This document shows, one piece after another, positions 24,031 to 33,397 of a DNA stretch of 37,037 nucleotides (its first letter is position 1; each line of letters starts with the position of its first letter). The DNA is from an uncultured Kiloniellaceae bacterium (lineage in GTDB: Bacteria > Desulfobacterota > Deferrisomatia > Deferrisomatales > BM512): positions 1 through 37,037 of the forward strand of contig CAXMSR010000001.1 of the NCBI GenBank assembly GCA_964195725.1. The letters run 5' to 3'. Under the pieces are notes generated by a model that saw only the letters and a program-made list of their open reading frames with translations, did not search any database and had not been told where the DNA came from. The position numbers and the translations under genes were made by a program.

Positions 24031-24059
24031 TTGACAGAACCGTAAATCGCCTGTATGTT
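24031..24059 (+). promoter_or_regulatory. Sigma70-type promoter candidate for ribF-aroE
   Basis: TTGACA (24031-24036), a 17-nt spacer, then TATGTT (24054-24059), 60 nt upstream of the ribF ATG. Confidence 0.5.
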
Positions 24060-24119
24060 GGTGAGGTTATTGACTATTTCAAGAACCCGACCCGTGGCGC
24101 TACACCACGACGAGACCCC

Positions 24120-25052
24120 ATGATCATCGTCACCGATACGGAACTGGAAAATGAGTCGTTCGGCAGCTCGGTTGTCACCGTGGGCAACTTCGACGGGGTA
24201 CATCTGGGCCACAAGGCGCTCGTCGCCCAAGCGGTAAAGCGGGCAAAGGAATTTCGCGCCATCGCGGCGGTCTACACTTTCGACCCCCATCCTCTCAGGC
24301 TCTTTAACCCGGCGCAGTGCCCGCCAACACTTACCGACTTTACGCGCAAAGCCGAGCTGCTCGAAGAGCTTGGGGCCGACGTGGTCGTGCGCGCGCGCTT
24401 TGACCGCGACTACGCGATGCGCCCGCCCAGCTGGTTTTCCCGGCATGTTCTGGGCGAGCGGCTTAACGCCGTCGAGGTCTGGATCGGCGAGGACTTCGTC
24501 TTCGGAAAAAACCGCACAGGCGACGTCCACACCCTGGCCGAAGAGGGCAAGGAGCTGGGCTACGGGGTTCACTGGCTGGGCGCGGTGACGATCGACGGCG
24601 AACGCATCTCCTCCACCCGTGTGCGCGAGGCGATCGCCGTAAAGAACTTCGCGCTGGCTAAAAGGCTTCTGGGCCGCTCCTATCTGCTTCACGGGGCGAT
24701 CGTTCACGGCGAGGCGCGCGGACGCGGTCTGGGCTATCCCACCGCCAACCTCCTGGCGCACGAAGAGTGCCTGCCGCCGTCGGGCGTCTACGCAGGCTGG
24801 GCGTCGGTGCGCAATAAACGCTACATCGCCGCTATCAACGTGGGAGCCAACCCCACTTTCGGTGCCGAGAAGGTAACCGTCGAGGCACATCTGCTGGACT
24901 TTTCCGACGACCTCTACGGGCAGGCGATGACACTTGAGTTTGTCAAGCCCATCCGCTCCGAGATCGCCTTTGCCTCGCCCCGGGCGTTGGCAAAACAGAT
25001 CGGGCTGGACGTCGTCGAGCTACGCCGGGTGATGGAGGCGCTGAAAAGATGA
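24120..25052 (+). CDS. ribF: Bifunctional riboflavin kinase / FMN adenylyltransferase
   Basis: 310 aa with VTVGNFDGVHLGHKAL and a C-terminal kinase domain (GRGLGYPTANL, VEAHLLDF). Confidence 0.92.
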   Translation: MIIVTDTELENESFGSSVVTVGNFDGVHLGHKALVAQAVKRAKEFRAIAAVYTFDPHPLRLFNPAQCPPTLTDFTRKAELLEELGADVVVRARFDRDYAMRPPSWFSRHVLGERLNAVEVWIGEDFVFGKNRTGDVHTLAEEGKELGYGVHWLGAVTIDGERISSTRVREAIAVKNFALAKRLLGRSYLLHGAIVHGEARGRGLGYPTANLLAHEECLPPSGVYAGWASVRNKRYIAAINVGANPTFGAEKVTVEAHLLDFSDDLYGQAMTLEFVKPIRSEIAFASPRALAKQIGLDVVELRRVMEALKR

Positions 25053-25924
25053 GCACCGCGACCGCAACTTTCTTGCGCAGCGCCATAAGCGCCAAGACGG
25101 CCCTCTACGGCGTGGTCGGCTCGCCGGTAAAGCACAGCCTTTCGCCCCGAATGCAGACGGCGGCCTTCGCGGCGTGTGGCATCGACGCCGTGTATCTGGC
25201 GTTTGAGGTCGCCCCCGAGGGTCTTGCCGAAGCGCTCGCAGGCGCGCGCGCCCTTGGGTTTGGCGGGCTAAACATCACGGTACCCCACAAAGAGGCGGCT
25301 TGGCGTCTGGCGACGGAGCTAGACGAGAGCGCACGCCTTTCCGGCGCGGCCAACACCCTTGTGCCCATCAAAGGCGGCTGGAGAGGCTACAACACCGACG
25401 CCACCGGCTTTGTCGAGGCGGTGCGCTTTGAGCTGGGCTTTGACCCGGCAGGCGCGCGCGTCGCGCTCATTGGAGCGGGTGGTGCCGCGCGGGCGGCGGT
25501 TGCAGGGATGGCGTTGGCCGGGGCTGGCAAAATACTGGTCGCCAACAGGTCATTTGAGCGCGCTGACGCTCTGGTCGCCGAGCTGTCGCGAGCGCTGGGC
25601 TCTTCGGCGATAGAGGCTGTGCTGCTGGATGAATTGCCGGAAAAACTAGAAGCAGGCGATCTGGTCGCCAGCGCCACGCCTCTGGGGCTCTACCCCGATG
25701 GCAGATGGCCGTGGGAGCTGCGCCGCTTTTCCAAGGGCGTAAAGTTCTACGACATGGCCTACGGCGAGCGCCCGACACCTCTGTGCACCGCAGCGCAGAC
25801 CGCCGGTTTCGAGGCGGCGGCGGGCCAGAGGATGCTTTTGTGTCAGGGCGCGCAGGCCTTTCGCCTCTGGACCGGCCACGAGCCGCCTGTGGATGTGATG
25901 CAAAAAGCGCTCGCAAACGGCTAA
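25049..25924 (+). CDS. aroE: Shikimate dehydrogenase
   Basis: 291 aa with LYGVVGSPVKHSLSPRMQ, NITVPHK, NTD and GAGGAARA motifs. ATGA overlap with ribF. Confidence 0.9.
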   Translation: MSTATATFLRSAISAKTALYGVVGSPVKHSLSPRMQTAAFAACGIDAVYLAFEVAPEGLAEALAGARALGFGGLNITVPHKEAAWRLATELDESARLSGAANTLVPIKGGWRGYNTDATGFVEAVRFELGFDPAGARVALIGAGGAARAAVAGMALAGAGKILVANRSFERADALVAELSRALGSSAIEAVLLDELPEKLEAGDLVASATPLGLYPDGRWPWELRRFSKGVKFYDMAYGERPTPLCTAAQTAGFEAAAGQRMLLCQGAQAFRLWTGHEPPVDVMQKALANG

Positions 25925-26099
25925 AGCCGTTGAAAAAACATACTTTTATCCAAGACGCAGGCCCAGCGTCATGGTAAGCTCGGCGGTACACGGAGCACTA
26001 GATTAGGCGCGGTGTTTTTAATTTTGCACCCCTTGCGCAGAGAGAGCCCGCCTGATACGCGACAGTGAGGCGACGTAAAAACCCTAAAGTGGAGGTGGT

Positions 26100-27794
26100 A
26101 TGTCAAGGAATATCGGGGATATTCTTGTAAGGGAAAAGGTCATCGAGCTGGCCGATCTCCAAAAGGCGCGCGACGACCAGCAGCGCAACGGCGGCCGCCT
26201 GGGCGAAGCCCTGGTGCGCATGAAGCTCATCAAGGAAGAAGACCTGGTCAAGGTTCTCTCGCGCCAGTACGGTGTGCCCCCGGTCGATCTGCCCAGCTAC
26301 GACATAGACCCCGACGTCATCAGCCTCATCCCCGAGGACATGGTGCAAAAGTACCACCTCATACCGATCAACCGTGTAGGCTCCACCCTTATAGTCGCGG
26401 TGGAAGACCCCTCCAACATGTTCGCCATCGACGACATAAAGTTTCTCACCGGCTACAACGTCGAGGTGACGATCGCCTCGCCCTCCGCCATCAAAACCGC
26501 CATCGATAAATACTACGACCAGTCGGCCACGCTTCTGGACGTGATGAGCGATTTCAGTCTGGACGAGCTGGAGGTCGTCGCCGCTGACGAAGACGTCGAC
26601 ATCCGCGACCTGGAGAAAGAGGTCGATGACGCGCCGGTGGTAAAGCTCGTCAACATGATCCTGACCGCCGCCATCAAAAAGGGCGCCAGCGACATCCATC
26701 TCGAGCCCTATGAAAAGTCCTTTCGCGTCCGTTACCGCATCGACGGCGTCTTGTACGAAGAGATGAAGCCGCCGATGAAGCTGAAAAACGCGATCACCAG
26801 CCGCATAAAGATCATGGCCACCCTCGACATCGCCGAGCGGCGCTTGCCCCAGGACGGGCGCATCAAGCTAAAGCTTAGCCGCGACAACGACATGGACTTT
26901 CGCGTGTCGTCGCTGCCCACGCTCTTTGGCGAAAAGATAGTGCTTCGCCTGCTCGACAAATCCAACCTCCAGCTCGACATGACCAAGCTGGGCTTTGAGG
27001 AGAAGGCTCTGGCCGACTTTAAAGAGGCGATCTACCGCCCCTTCGGCATGGTGCTGGTCACCGGCCCCACCGGCTCGGGCAAGACCACCACGCTCTACAG
27101 CGCGCTTAGCGAGCTAAACACCACCGACACCAACATCTCTACCGCCGAAGACCCGGTGGAGTTTAACCTGATGGGCATCAATCAGGTGCAGATGCACGAC
27201 GAGATCGGGCTCAACTTCGCAGCGGCGCTAAGGAGCTTTCTGCGCCAGGACCCCGACATCATCATGGTCGGCGAAATTCGCGACTTCGAGACCGCCGAGA
27301 TAGGCATCAAGGCCGCGCTGACCGGCCACATGGTCCTCTCGACACTGCACACCAACGACGCGCCCAGCACGATCAACCGTCTTTTGAACATGGGTGTAGA
27401 GCCCTTCCTGGTGGCCTCGGCCACCAACCTGATCGTGGCACAGCGCCTGGCACGAAAGATCTGCACCGAGTGCAAGACCAGGGTAGAGGTTTCCGCGCAG
27501 GCGCTGGTAGATATGGGGGTCGATCCCGATCTGGCGACCTCCATGACCTGCTACCATGGCGAGGGGTGCCCGACCTGTAGCAATACCGGCTACAAGGGGC
27601 GCGTGGCCCTCTACGAGGTCATGCCGATAAGCGACGCCATAAAGGAGCTGATCCTCAACGGCGCTTCCTCCATGGAGATCAAGGAACAAGCGATTCGTGA
27701 CGGCGTCAAGACGCTGCGCATGGCGGGCATAACCATGCTGGGCAATGGCGTTACAACGGTCGACGAGGTGGTGCGCGTCACCGCCAAGGATTAG
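26100..27794 (+). CDS. pilB: Type IV pilus assembly ATPase PilB (GspE family) with an MshEN-like N-terminal domain
   Basis: 564 aa with Walker A GPTGSGKTTT, the Asp box, Walker B, the His box and a tetracysteine motif (CTECK...CPTC). GGAGGTGG RBS. Confidence 0.92.
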   Translation: MSRNIGDILVREKVIELADLQKARDDQQRNGGRLGEALVRMKLIKEEDLVKVLSRQYGVPPVDLPSYDIDPDVISLIPEDMVQKYHLIPINRVGSTLIVAVEDPSNMFAIDDIKFLTGYNVEVTIASPSAIKTAIDKYYDQSATLLDVMSDFSLDELEVVAADEDVDIRDLEKEVDDAPVVKLVNMILTAAIKKGASDIHLEPYEKSFRVRYRIDGVLYEEMKPPMKLKNAITSRIKIMATLDIAERRLPQDGRIKLKLSRDNDMDFRVSSLPTLFGEKIVLRLLDKSNLQLDMTKLGFEEKALADFKEAIYRPFGMVLVTGPTGSGKTTTLYSALSELNTTDTNISTAEDPVEFNLMGINQVQMHDEIGLNFAAALRSFLRQDPDIIMVGEIRDFETAEIGIKAALTGHMVLSTLHTNDAPSTINRLLNMGVEPFLVASATNLIVAQRLARKICTECKTRVEVSAQALVDMGVDPDLATSMTCYHGEGCPTCSNTGYKGRVALYEVMPISDAIKELILNGASSMEIKEQAIRDGVKTLRMAGITMLGNGVTTVDEVVRVTAKD

Positions 27795-27901
27795 TAGATA
27801 AAAAGAGAGCTAATTGAGTATAACTTTAACCTTACGCACTTAAACGCCCTGACGTTTCGCCCTTAAGCGGAGAGACTTCAGGTAGGTGCAGGAGGGGTGC
27901 C

Positions 27902-29020
27902 GTGGCCAATCTCCATCAACTACTCAAGACGATGATCGAGCGTGGAGCTTCCGATCTACACATAACCGCAGGCTCGCCACCCCAGGTGCGCATCGACGGC
28001 GTACTGGTTCCCCTCGATCTGCCCGCCATGACGCCACCCGAAACTAAGCTCATGTGCTACTCGGTCTTGACCGACGCGCAAAAGCACAGGTTCGAAGAAG
28101 AGAACGAGCTCGACCTCTCCTTCGGCGTCAAGGACCTCTCGCGTTTTCGCGCCAACATCTTCGTGCAGCGCGGCGCGGTGGCCGGTGCCTTTCGTACGAT
28201 CCCCTTCAAAATCCTCTCTTTTGAAGAGCTGGGGCTGCCCCCCGTGGCTGAAGATCTGTCAAAGCGCCCACGCGGGCTCATCCTGGTCACCGGCCCCACC
28301 GGCTCGGGCAAATCAACGACACTGGCGTCGATCGTCGATAAGATCAACACTACGCGGCACGAGCACATAATCACCATCGAAGACCCGATAGAGTATCTGC
28401 ATCCCCACAAAAAATGCCTGATAAACCAGCGCGAGGTACACGCAGACACCGACAGCTTCAAAACCGCGCTGCGCTACATCCTGCGCCAGGACCCCGACAT
28501 CATCATGGTCGGCGAGATTCGCGACCTTGAGACGATCGAGGCCGCCCTTACCGTCTCTGAGACCGGGCACTTGGCACTGGCCACGCTGCACACCAACAGT
28601 GCTGTGCAGACGATCAACCGTATCATCGACGTCTTCCCCGCCCACCAGCAATCACAGGTGCGCGCGCAGCTCTCCTTTGTGCTGGAGGGGGTAATAAGCC
28701 AGATGCTCTTGCCAAAGGCCAGCGGCAAGGGGCGGGTGATGTGCTGCGAGGTTATGATACCGACCCCGGCTATCCGCAACCTTATACGCGAAGACAAGGT
28801 TCACCAGCTCTACTCGAACATGCAGATGGGCCAGGACAAGTTCCAGATGCAGACGATGAACCAGCACCTGCTGCATCTGCTAAACAAAAAACTGATAACT
28901 ACCGATCTCGCGATGACGCGAAGCCACGACCCCGAAGAGCTTCGCCAGATGCTCAACCGTGGCGTTGTCGATGTAATGCAGGGACGAAAATCGGTTGGCC
29001 AGCGCACAAACGGAATATAA
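27902..29020 (+). CDS. pilT: Twitching-motility (retraction) ATPase PilT
   Basis: 372 aa. The GTG start follows GGAGGGG. Motifs present are MANLHQLL, GASDLHI, GPTGSGKSTT and AIRNLIRE (the PilT signature). Confidence 0.9.
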   Translation: MANLHQLLKTMIERGASDLHITAGSPPQVRIDGVLVPLDLPAMTPPETKLMCYSVLTDAQKHRFEEENELDLSFGVKDLSRFRANIFVQRGAVAGAFRTIPFKILSFEELGLPPVAEDLSKRPRGLILVTGPTGSGKSTTLASIVDKINTTRHEHIITIEDPIEYLHPHKKCLINQREVHADTDSFKTALRYILRQDPDIIMVGEIRDLETIEAALTVSETGHLALATLHTNSAVQTINRIIDVFPAHQQSQVRAQLSFVLEGVISQMLLPKASGKGRVMCCEVMIPTPAIRNLIREDKVHQLYSNMQMGQDKFQMQTMNQHLLHLLNKKLITTDLAMTRSHDPEELRQMLNRGVVDVMQGRKSVGQRTNGI

Positions 29021-29090
29021 CTCAGCACCCCGAAGATTAATCGGGTAACTGTTGACTGGATAAATACCTTTAGGGCAGGAGGAACTTGAA

Positions 29091-30290
29091 ATGCCAAAAT
29101 TTTCCTGGAAAGGGCGCACAAAAAGCGGCGCAATCCAAAAAGGGATTATAGAGGCCGTTGATCAAAACGCGGCCAACGCCCAGCTAACAGGCCAGGGCAT
29201 CAGAGAGATCAAGCTCAACCGCAACTTCGAGATCAACATCCCTGGGCTAAAGCAGAGGGTAACAACCAAGGACATGGTCGTCTTCACCCGTCAGTTCGCC
29301 ACGATGATCGACGCCGGGCTGCCGCTGGTGCAGTGTCTTGACATCCTCTCCAGCCAGCAGGACAACGCTACCTTCAAAGTTGTTTTGCTAAAGGTGAAAG
29401 AGGACGTAGAGTCGGGCTCGACCTTTGCCGACGCCCTGGCAAAGCACCCCAAAATCTTCGACCGTCTCTACGTAAACCTCGTAGCTGCGGGCGAGGTGGG
29501 CGGCATCCTCGACACCATCCTCAACAGATTAGCGGTCTACATTGAAAAAAAGATGGCGCTCGCCAAGAAGGTAAAGGGCGCCATGGTCTACCCCGCCACC
29601 GTCGTGTCCGTGGCCGTCATCGTCATCTCGATCATTCTCATCTGGGTCATCCCGGTCTTTCAACAGATGTTCTCGGGGGCGGGACAAGACCTCCCCATGC
29701 CCACGCAGATAGTAATAGCGCTAAGCGATTTCTTGAAGAGCTACTTTCTCTTCGTCATCCTCGGGTTCGTCGTCTTTGTGGGCATACTGCGCGCCATCTA
29801 CCGGACAAACAAAGGACGCTACCTCTTTGACAAGATGTTCTTGCGGCTGCCGATTTTTGGCCCGCTGATTCGCAAGGTCGCCGTGGCCAAGTTCACCCGC
29901 ACCCTTGGCACCCTGGTCAGCTCGGGCGTCCCCATCCTTGAGGGGCTGGACGTAGTGGCTAAAACCGCCGGCAACGTCATCATCGAAGCAGCTATCATGA
30001 AGACGCGCGAGTCGATCTCCGAGGGCCGCACCATAGCCGAGCCCCTGGCCGAAACAAACGTCTTCCCACCAATGGTAGTGCAGATGATCTCAGTGGGAGA
30101 AGCCACCGGTGCGCTTGACCAGATGCTCAACAAGATCGCCGACTTTTACGACGATGAAGTTGACGACGCGGTGAGCTCACTCACCGCAGCCATCGAACCG
30201 CTCTTGATGGTCGGCCTCGGCGGATCCATCGGTGCCATCATCATCGCCATGTATCTACCGATCTTCAGCATGGCTGGAACGATCGGCTAA
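29091..30290 (+). CDS. pilC: Type IV pilus platform protein PilC (GspF family)
   Basis: 399 aa with two GspF repeats (FTRQFATMIDAGLPL and FTRTLGTLVSSGVPI) and three TM segments. Confidence 0.9.
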   Translation: MPKFSWKGRTKSGAIQKGIIEAVDQNAANAQLTGQGIREIKLNRNFEINIPGLKQRVTTKDMVVFTRQFATMIDAGLPLVQCLDILSSQQDNATFKVVLLKVKEDVESGSTFADALAKHPKIFDRLYVNLVAAGEVGGILDTILNRLAVYIEKKMALAKKVKGAMVYPATVVSVAVIVISIILIWVIPVFQQMFSGAGQDLPMPTQIVIALSDFLKSYFLFVILGFVVFVGILRAIYRTNKGRYLFDKMFLRLPIFGPLIRKVAVAKFTRTLGTLVSSGVPILEGLDVVAKTAGNVIIEAAIMKTRESISEGRTIAEPLAETNVFPPMVVQMISVGEATGALDQMLNKIADFYDDEVDDAVSSLTAAIEPLLMVGLGGSIGAIIIAMYLPIFSMAGTIG

Positions 30291-30365
30291 AGAAAGGCTG
30301 ACGAAATTTCGGCGATATCAGCCCGTCCACGACGGCTAAAGGGATACCTGGCCACCCGCACTGCT

Positions 30366-31889
30366 GTGCTTGTGGCGTTGATGTTCCTGTTAGCACTCTA
30401 CCTCCTGCAATACGGAGGTCTCACGCACCCCTCTTACAAGTGGTTTTTCCTCTTGGCGGGGACGTCATTTGCCTTCACCCTCCTTTCGGCTTACGCCCTG
30501 AAGGCGGCTGTAGACGAGGGTAAGATTGCGCGCGCCCAGCCCCCCTTCGACATCCTCTGCGTAACCGCGCTCGTCTATCTGTCCGGCGGGTGGAGCTCGC
30601 CGCTGGTTTTTTTCTACGAGCTTGTGATCATCGGCGCGGCGGCGACCCTCTTCATGAAGGGCGCGCTGGTCACAGCGACGATAAGCGCCCTTGCCTACGG
30701 GATACTCACGGCTCTACAGTTTAACGGCCTGATCGGACAGATGAACCCCTTTCCGCTGGCCTCTGCGGCCAATACCAACCCATCCCTCAGTCTTGGTCTG
30801 CACATCATGGCGTTCTACGCGGTGGCGTTTCTCTCCTCGGCCCTTGCCGAAGAGGTCAAGCGCACCAGTATCCAGCTGGAAGCTGCGGAAGACGAAATTC
30901 AAGACCTTGAGCACCTGCAAGCTGCCATCCTAAGCTCGATGGGGATGGGGCTGGTGGCGCTGAACACCGAAAACCGCCTCATGTTCCAAAACCCGGTGGC
31001 CAAGGAGCTGCTCTCCAGGATTAACGCCAACGCCTTGGCAGCGGCCGAACTAAAACAAATCTTCGACCTCACCCCCGGGGGGCGGCGCGAAACCCTCGTC
31101 AAAGAGACCGACACGGTACTGGGATATTCCATTTCGCCGCTCTCCTCGCGCCACGGCGAAGAGATCGGGAAGATCCTCGCCTTTCAGGATCTGACCAACA
31201 TCAAGGCGCTGGAAAAAGAGCTGCATCAGGCCGACCAGCTGGCGGCAGTGGGCAGGCTGGCGGCGGGGCTGGCCCATGAGATAAGAAACCCCCTGGCGAG
31301 CCTCTCGGGCTCGGTCCAGATGCTCTCCACTTCGCTAAAACCGGAGGAGTTGGATCGCAAAAAGCTCTTGGCGATCGTCTACCGTGAAACAGAGCGGCTA
31401 AACCACCTCGTGACCGATTTTCTGAGTTACGCCCGCCCCGGCGAGACGCGCAAGAGCCTTTTTGATCTTCACACCCTGATCGAAGAGTCGGGGCTCTTCT
31501 TCATGCAGGGCGAGGGGCGCGAACGCTTCAGCCTTGCAAACAAAATAGCCCCTGAAACGAGGATTGAAGCAGATCGCGAGCAGATCGCGCAGCTCATCTT
31601 GAACCTCTTTCGCAACAGCACCGAAGCAAAGCCGGGCAACGTAACCGTCACCATAAGCGGACGCGCAACAGGCAACGCGTATACCATAAAGATCGCAGAC
31701 GACGGCCCCGGCTTTGCCCCCCAGATAGCGGCACGCGCTTTTGAACCCTTCTTCTCGGGCAAAGAGGGTGGCACAGGGCTGGGGTTGGCTTCGGTTCATC
31801 GCATAGCACAAAACCACCGGGGCACAGTACGCCTCGGTAAATCTTCAGGCGGCGGGGCGTTAATCACGCTTCGCTTGACAGTGGGTTGA
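30366..31889 (+). CDS. pilS: Sensor histidine kinase PilS
   Basis: 507 aa: a multi-TM N-terminus, a PAS-like region, H-box AAGLAHEIRNPLASL and a HATPase domain (DDGPGF, GTGLGLA). The GTG start is the first start codon in frame after the pilC stop, so the exact start is uncertain. Confidence 0.85.
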   Translation: MLVALMFLLALYLLQYGGLTHPSYKWFFLLAGTSFAFTLLSAYALKAAVDEGKIARAQPPFDILCVTALVYLSGGWSSPLVFFYELVIIGAAATLFMKGALVTATISALAYGILTALQFNGLIGQMNPFPLASAANTNPSLSLGLHIMAFYAVAFLSSALAEEVKRTSIQLEAAEDEIQDLEHLQAAILSSMGMGLVALNTENRLMFQNPVAKELLSRINANALAAAELKQIFDLTPGGRRETLVKETDTVLGYSISPLSSRHGEEIGKILAFQDLTNIKALEKELHQADQLAAVGRLAAGLAHEIRNPLASLSGSVQMLSTSLKPEELDRKKLLAIVYRETERLNHLVTDFLSYARPGETRKSLFDLHTLIEESGLFFMQGEGRERFSLANKIAPETRIEADREQIAQLILNLFRNSTEAKPGNVTVTISGRATGNAYTIKIADDGPGFAPQIAARAFEPFFSGKEGGTGLGLASVHRIAQNHRGTVRLGKSSGGGALITLRLTVG

Positions 31890-31891
31890 CC

Positions 31892-33274
31892 ATGGAAAAA
31901 ATCCTCATCATCGACGACGAGCGGAGTATGCGCGAGTTTCTGGAGCTCTTGCTAAAGCAGGAGGGCTATAAAACCGTCTGCTGCGCCAACGTAACCGAAG
32001 CAAAAAAACTCATCCCCACCGAACATTTCGACCTGCTCATCACCGACCTCAAGCTCCCGGACGGCAACGGACTGGAACTTCTGGCAGAGGCAAAAGAGCA
32101 CGACCCCGACACCGAAGTTGTGGTAATCACGGCCTTTGGCACTACCCAGACCGCCGTAGAAGCGATGAAGCTGGGCGCTTATGATTACATCGTCAAGCCC
32201 TTCAAAATAGACCACATCCAGCTGATAGTGCGAAAAGCCCTTGAGAAGGGGGCGCTGGCGCGTGAAAACCGCGAACTCAAGCGCACCATCGAGGCCACGA
32301 CCAGCTCCGGCGGCATCCTGAGCCAGTCGCCTCGCATGCACGAGATGATCAAGCTCATTGAGCGGGTCGCTCCCACGGGGGTGACGGTGCTGATTCAGGG
32401 CGACAGCGGCACAGGCAAAGAGCTGGTGGCCCAGCGCCTGCACAAAATGTCTGGCCGCAAGGGCAGGTTTGTGCCGGTCAACTGCTCGGCCATACCCGAA
32501 GGGTTGATCGAAAGCGAGCTCTTTGGTCATGTAAAGGGCAGCTTCACCGGGGCGTCGGTGGACAAGGCGGGGCTTTTTGAAGAGGCGCAGGGCGGCTCGA
32601 TCTTCCTCGACGAGGTGACAGAGCTTCCCCTGCTGTTGCAGCCCAAACTTTTGCGCGCGCTGCAACAGCTGAAGATCAAGCGCGTCGGCGGCGTTCGCGA
32701 GATCGATCTGGACGTGCTCATCATCTCGGCTACCAACAAAGACATAGCCGAAGAGGTGCGCAAGAACCGCTTTCGCGAAGACCTCTACTATCGGCTAAAC
32801 GTCGTAGTGGTGCAGCTGCCGCCGCTCAAAGAGCGCCGGGAAGACATCGCACTTCTGGCGACACATTTTCTGGAGAAGTACCGCCGCTCGTTTGGGCGCG
32901 ACACAAAGGGGTTCTCGCCGCAGGTGCTAAAGTGCCTGGAGGCGCACGACTACCCCGGCAACGTGCGCGAGCTTGAGAACATCATCGAGCGGGCCGTGGC
33001 GCTGGAAACCTCTGAAGAGCTGACGATCCAGAGCCTGCCCGAACACGTAAGGCGCAACACCCCCTCGCCGACATCGCGCTCCGAAGATCTGACCGCACAG
33101 GGGCTCGATCTCGACGAGGTGTTAAAAAACACCGAGCTCGGCTATATCAACAGGGCTATGGAGTTGTGCGAGGGAAATAAGACCAGGGCGGCCAAGCTGC
33201 TGGGGATGAGCTTTCGCTCTTTTCGCTACCGGCTCGACAAGCTGGAGGGCGCAGAAGATACCGACGAAGGCTAA
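31892..33274 (+). CDS. pilR: Sigma54-dependent response regulator PilR (NtrC family)
   Basis: REC domain (ILIIDDE, LLITDLKLPD), AAA+ domain (GDSGTGKE, GSFTGA variant of GAFTGA, ESELFGH) and a C-terminal Fis-type HTH. The ATG is at 31892, just after the pilS TGA. Confidence 0.9.
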   Translation: MEKILIIDDERSMREFLELLLKQEGYKTVCCANVTEAKKLIPTEHFDLLITDLKLPDGNGLELLAEAKEHDPDTEVVVITAFGTTQTAVEAMKLGAYDYIVKPFKIDHIQLIVRKALEKGALARENRELKRTIEATTSSGGILSQSPRMHEMIKLIERVAPTGVTVLIQGDSGTGKELVAQRLHKMSGRKGRFVPVNCSAIPEGLIESELFGHVKGSFTGASVDKAGLFEEAQGGSIFLDEVTELPLLLQPKLLRALQQLKIKRVGGVREIDLDVLIISATNKDIAEEVRKNRFREDLYYRLNVVVVQLPPLKERREDIALLATHFLEKYRRSFGRDTKGFSPQVLKCLEAHDYPGNVRELENIIERAVALETSEELTIQSLPEHVRRNTPSPTSRSEDLTAQGLDLDEVLKNTELGYINRAMELCEGNKTRAAKLLGMSFRSFRYRLDKLEGAEDTDEG

Positions 33275-33397
33275 GCCGTGCGGCTCGCCAACCCCGGCCT
33301 TTTACATCCATCGGGGCTGTAGATTTTCATCTACGGCCTTTTACGGCAATCGTGTGCGACGCAGACTTCTAGCTAGCTGCCACCCCCGGGGGGAAGG

